Source of the DNA: Deltaproteobacteria bacterium
GTDB taxonomy: Bacteria > Myxococcota_A > Polyangia > Fen-1088
DNA: 64,000 bases
Assembly (NCBI GenBank): GCA_033763315.1
Contig: JANRKS010000019.1
Coordinates: forward strand, 32,001-96,000
Direction of reading: 5' to 3'
The position numbers and the translations under genes are program-made. The notes below the pieces were generated by a model. That model was not told the origin of the DNA. It did no database searches and saw only the letters and a program-made list of their open reading frames with translations. Every line of letters begins with the position of its first letter. Positions within the stretch are counted from its first letter, which is position 1. Below are positions 60,363 to 64,000 of the stretch, one piece after another.

Positions 60363-62042
60363 TCAGCGGCGGCGCCACAATCCATATTGGTAGCCGTGCG
60401 CGCTGATGAAGTTATTCACCAGTGTGTAGTGGGCCGCTACATAGGCACGCAGTTCCGGAAGTGTGCCTATGCCGCCGCTTTGCCCCAACAACAACAGGGC
60501 CTGGGGCGAAGTGTCGAGCATCGATACAACCTCGCTTAACTGCAGGTTGCCCGTGCGAATGCGCTGCAGGTTTGTGTCCACCAAATCTGAGGTGACTGGC
60601 AGTCCCGCTTGCAAGGCAACCAGAGGCGCCACTGTTGAATCGCCGAACAGAGACGGTTGCGAAAGGTGTGCGGCCTGGGCGCGAACCGCGTCCACCATGG
60701 CAGGCGCGGTGTTGAGCCAGCGGGAGCGCTGCCACAGATATTGCGTGATGGCGTTCGCGTCTTCGTTCACAACGCGCACGCCGTCTTGCCAAAACAAGGC
60801 CTTGATCAAAGCGTTCACGGCGCCAAGGCCGGGCGCGTCCACCCATGAGTAGGTTTGCGTGTACGTGCGCAGTTGCTCGGCTCGCCGCGGTGACACAGCC
60901 GCCGCTAAAGTGTTGGCCAGGGGCCCTGCCACGAGCGCCAAGAACATCACGGGCACCCCCAGGGCCAGCGTTGGTTGCCACCTTTGTCTTCGACCCGCCC
61001 ACCACAGCGCTGCGCGATCCAAGAGCTGCGCGAAGCCCCAGCCCACAAGCAAACTCAACGGGAAAAACGCGGGCTGAAAGTAAAACGGAAACACCCGTGG
61101 GCGCGTTGCCATTGCCACAAGCGTGAGCGCCGCGGCCGCCGCCGCAAGGGCCGCCAAAACGCGCGCCTTGCGATCACCCCACGCCAACGCCAGGGCGCCC
61201 GTGGCTGCCAAAACAAACAGCGTCCAATTGTCGAAAACCACGAATCCCAACTGCGCGAGGCCTTCGCCTTCGGCTCCCACTTTGTCGAGGTGAAATCCAT
61301 AAACCTGCTGCCAAAACGCGCGCCCGCCGATCACCCAAAACACCGCATGCACGCTCGCGAACACACCAACGGCTGCGGCAAAGCAGCGTGAAGCCGTGCG
61401 TTTGCCAAGCAAAAGCGAAGCGGCCACCACAACAGCGGCCGCAGGCCCCGCTTGCAGCAACGTCAAGGGCGCCGCCGCGGCTGCCGCACCAGCCGCCATG
61501 GGGCGCGACCAGCACAGCAACACGGCCGCCAACGCCACGCACGCGCTGGCTTGGCAGATCCCCGTGTCCGTGGACGCGGCCTTTAAAAGGCTCTCGGCAA
61601 ACAACACGGCTGTGGCCGCCATCAGCGCCGCCACTTGGCGAGCTGTTTTGTTTGTGGTGGGCGCCAGCCTGATCGTCACCGCGTAAGCCGCAACGCCCAC
61701 GAAGCTGGCACTAAGGAACGTCAGCATCTTTGCCACCCCCAGCGAGAACCCGAACAGCTTGAACAACGCAGCGTTTGGCAGCAGATGCAAAGGGGGGTGT
61801 GCGAAGAAAAAATCGCGGTAGGGCCACAGGCCCTGCGACCAGCGAAGGGCGCCGTAGAAATAAATGCCTTCGTCGGCGGGGTGGGGCAACAGCGCGAAGG
61901 CGCGCAAGGCAAAGAACAGCACCAGCAAACACCCGAGCGCCAATTCTGAGGGCAAACGGTAACGCGGAACAGGGTGAGCCGTCACAGCGGGCGCGGGTGC
62001 GTGCGCTGCAGGCTGCCGGGGACGACGCGCTGTTTTGCTCAT
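60363..62042 (-). CDS. GT-C (ArnT/PMT-like) membrane glycosyltransferase
   Basis: First-loop motif DEGIY...G..PYRDFFFAHPPL, many TM helices, periplasmic C-terminal domain. Confidence 0.72.
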   Translation of the reverse strand: MSKTARRPRQPAAHAPAPAVTAHPVPRYRLPSELALGCLLVLFFALRAFALLPHPADEGIYFYGALRWSQGLWPYRDFFFAHPPLHLLPNAALFKLFGFSLGVAKMLTFLSASFVGVAAYAVTIRLAPTTNKTARQVAALMAATAVLFAESLLKAASTDTGICQASACVALAAVLLCWSRPMAAGAAAAAAPLTLLQAGPAAAVVVAASLLLGKRTASRCFAAAVGVFASVHAVFWVIGGRAFWQQVYGFHLDKVGAEGEGLAQLGFVVFDNWTLFVLAATGALALAWGDRKARVLAALAAAAAALTLVAMATRPRVFPFYFQPAFFPLSLLVGWGFAQLLDRAALWWAGRRQRWQPTLALGVPVMFLALVAGPLANTLAAAVSPRRAEQLRTYTQTYSWVDAPGLGAVNALIKALFWQDGVRVVNEDANAITQYLWQRSRWLNTAPAMVDAVRAQAAHLSQPSLFGDSTVAPLVALQAGLPVTSDLVDTNLQRIRTGNLQLSEVVSMLDTSPQALLLLGQSGGIGTLPELRAYVAAHYTLVNNFISAHGYQYGLWRRR

Positions 62043-62140
62043 ACGCGTGGCATCCCGTCATGATCCCGGGCGCTCGTCAAGCGCCGCGCGGCAAACGTGG
62101 CCCCGGGCGGGCCGATCGGTCACGCTTTGATCAGGCTCCT

Positions 62141-62866
62141 ATGTCTCTTCGGCGCCATGTCAAGGTTCAGCCTTTTCCAGGCGGGTTTCGCCGCCTGTGG
62201 CCTGGCACGCCTTACCGGCTGCCCGAGGGGCGAGACACCAGTTTGGTGCGCGAGGTTTTGTCGCCTGGCGGTGCGCGCCTTGAACGTGCGGCCGATTTAT
62301 TTGGAACGTTCGAGCACCTGATGGCCCTGGCGGAATCAGGCTGGTTGGGGCCGCCGCGCGCGTCGCTGCGCTTGTCGTTGGCCGAATCACGCGAACGCTT
62401 GTGCAAGATTGCCGCGCAATCCAAAAGCGTTGCAAGCTTGCATGAATGCCGCCCCGGCGACGCTGTGCTGGTGACGGGTTGTGTGCAATCCGCACAGGCT
62501 TCGGCCCCCACGAAATCCGTGCTGTGGCAGTGGGAGCCGTGGCTCTACAATGCGGAAGAATTCTTCGCCGAGGAAGATCCTTGGCCGCTGCCGCAGGGGC
62601 CCCGCTATGTGGAGACGGCCTACGATTTTCTGCTCACTGATGAGAGCGGCGCTTCGCCTGTGCGCGTGTGCGTGGAGGGCGCGCACTTGGTGGCGGCCGC
62701 TTCATTGACCGCAGGCACCCGCATCGATGTGCTGGGCTTTTTCGATCAGGAAACGTCAAACGCGGGCGTGCGCGAGAACCCACGGCAAGCACCGATGGCT
62801 CCCGTGTTGCGATCAAGTTCATCGCTGCCGCTGTTGGTGTTGGGCACGCGGCCGCGCGCAGCATGA
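62141..62866 (+). CDS. Hypothetical protein, possibly GIDE-like/OB-type beta domain
   Basis: GDAVLVTGCV...DFLLTDESG..VRV...LTAGTRIDVLG...R..P...PLLV pattern. Start uncertain. Confidence 0.5.
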   Translation: MSLRRHVKVQPFPGGFRRLWPGTPYRLPEGRDTSLVREVLSPGGARLERAADLFGTFEHLMALAESGWLGPPRASLRLSLAESRERLCKIAAQSKSVASLHECRPGDAVLVTGCVQSAQASAPTKSVLWQWEPWLYNAEEFFAEEDPWPLPQGPRYVETAYDFLLTDESGASPVRVCVEGAHLVAAASLTAGTRIDVLGFFDQETSNAGVRENPRQAPMAPVLRSSSSLPLLVLGTRPRAA

Positions 62867-62870
62867 GGGA

Positions 62871-63821
62871 TTAGGGCACCGCACCGCAATGCACGGTGAG
62901 CGTGAGCCCTTCGTAAAGATAAACCCTTCGCAGCGTGCCGGCCTCGCCGCACACGCGCGCGTCGCCTTCGGGCAACAAACACAGATCGCGCGCCCCGGCG
63001 CGGGCTCGCACCGACACGCGCTTCTTGGGCGGCACTTCACCAAGCGGCACGCCATCGATCGCCATCCGCGTGGCGCGCGGGCACTTGGCATTATCGATCG
63101 TCATCCAGATCGCTTGTGAGCTGCTGGCCGGCGGCACGGTGGCAGCCAGTTTGCCCTTGGGCCGTGTGACCTGTGCGGGCGGCACGTTGGGCAGGGCAGC
63201 GTCACCGTGCGCAGGTTCAAGGCTGCGGTCGATGTTCCATTCCTCCGGATCGTTTGTGTCGGGCATATTCGCGTTGCTCGAAGGCCCGGCCGTGTTGTTC
63301 AGCCAGCCTTGCACGGCACAACCCGCGTACCGTAATTCCGTGGCCAACTGATCGTGAAAGGCCACGCGCATCTCACGGTAATCGCGCAACAGACCGGCAA
63401 ACACCACGCCCGCTTGTTTGGCCTTAAGGCGGTAATCGGGCGTCAAGGCGATGCCATCACCCACGGCGTCGGCACGCGCGATGCTGCGGTAAAGCTCGCG
63501 CAGCTTTTGGCCCAGCTTTAAATATTGGCTGCCGGCGGCGTAGGAGCGGCGGTAAAGCTCTGGCATTTGCGGCGGGCAGCGCGAGGCGCGCCGATCAGGC
63601 AATTGCCCCAGTGTTTCGTGAATCGAAATCGCGAAAGTGTCACGCACTTGCTCCATCTCACCCTGCAAACTCAAAAACTCGTCGATCGAACGGCGCAACG
63701 CCAATGGATCTGCAAACACCGGATCCACCACGGGCGGTGTGTTGGTGTCGAACGTTTCCACGGTGGTGGTTGTGGTTGGCGCGGCGGCGGCGAGCAGCGC
63801 GGCCAGGAAAAGGGCTTGCAT
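62871..63821 (-). CDS. Secreted hypothetical protein (helical N-domain, Cys-containing PEGA-like C-domain)
   Basis: Signal peptide MQALFLAALLAAAA, long helices, C-terminal IDGVPLGEVPP...AGARDLCL. Confidence 0.65.
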   Translation of the reverse strand: MQALFLAALLAAAAPTTTTTVETFDTNTPPVVDPVFADPLALRRSIDEFLSLQGEMEQVRDTFAISIHETLGQLPDRRASRCPPQMPELYRRSYAAGSQYLKLGQKLRELYRSIARADAVGDGIALTPDYRLKAKQAGVVFAGLLRDYREMRVAFHDQLATELRYAGCAVQGWLNNTAGPSSNANMPDTNDPEEWNIDRSLEPAHGDAALPNVPPAQVTRPKGKLAATVPPASSSQAIWMTIDNAKCPRATRMAIDGVPLGEVPPKKRVSVRARAGARDLCLLPEGDARVCGEAGTLRRVYLYEGLTLTVHCGAVP

Positions 63822-63912
63822 TGCGGGATCTCAAGGAAAAGTATGAACCGCAGCGGGCACCGTGCCAAAAAGCGGGATACGCTTAGCCGCTTTCTTTTCA
63901 CAGTTAGGTCTT

Positions 63913-64000
63913 ATGTCGTCCCATAGGCTGGTTCCCGCGCTGCCTCATCTCGCATTCCTGACACCGCGCAGTTTGCCAAAGGCATCGTCTTTGGCAGGCC
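63913..64000 (+). CDS. Possible 5' start of a CDS running off the right edge
   Basis: ATG at 63913 stays open to the window end (MSSHRLVPALPHLAF...). Confidence 0.25.
   Translation, partial: MSSHRLVPALPHLAFLTPRSLPKASSLAG

Overview
GC-rich, gene-dense core chromosome segment of a Myxococcota (myxobacterium-like) organism. The lineage is inferred from mglBA next to dnaX-ebfC-recR, an ElbD-type ether-lipid megasynthase operon, a stand-alone mitochondrial-like (spd-type) EF-G, Hanks kinases and a DUF1592/DUF1552 pair. About 46 complete CDSs were read: rlmD, an MFS transporter, an M16 peptidase-like pair, an acyl-CoA mutase, gph, lon, dnaJ-like, clpB, dnaX, ebfC, recR, mglBA, pcm, an S8 protease, pduO, fusA, tatD, the elb-like operon, ettA, tkt, apbE, thiO, xylB, a DeoR regulator, a GT-C glycosyltransferase and several hypotheticals. 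No rRNA, tRNA, CRISPR array, integrase or transposase was recognised. The most notable observations are: (1) a secreted M16 clamshell heterodimer in which every catalytic residue is lost, often to Arg, fused to a LolA-like domain; (2) a LarA (nickel-pincer)-family protein inside the ether-lipid operon that keeps the putative cofactor ligands but not the lactate-binding residues; (3) a DUF1592 (CxxCH)/DUF1552 (Tat)/SGNH export module behind a densely structured leader; (4) the apparent methylmalonyl-CoA mutase carries isobutyryl-CoA-mutase specificity residues; (5) a Zn-ribbon plus PcrA-like Tudor protein; (6) a kinase-HDOD fusion; (7) repeated leaderless-type promoters. All family calls and alignments were made by eye; no database search or folding program was run.
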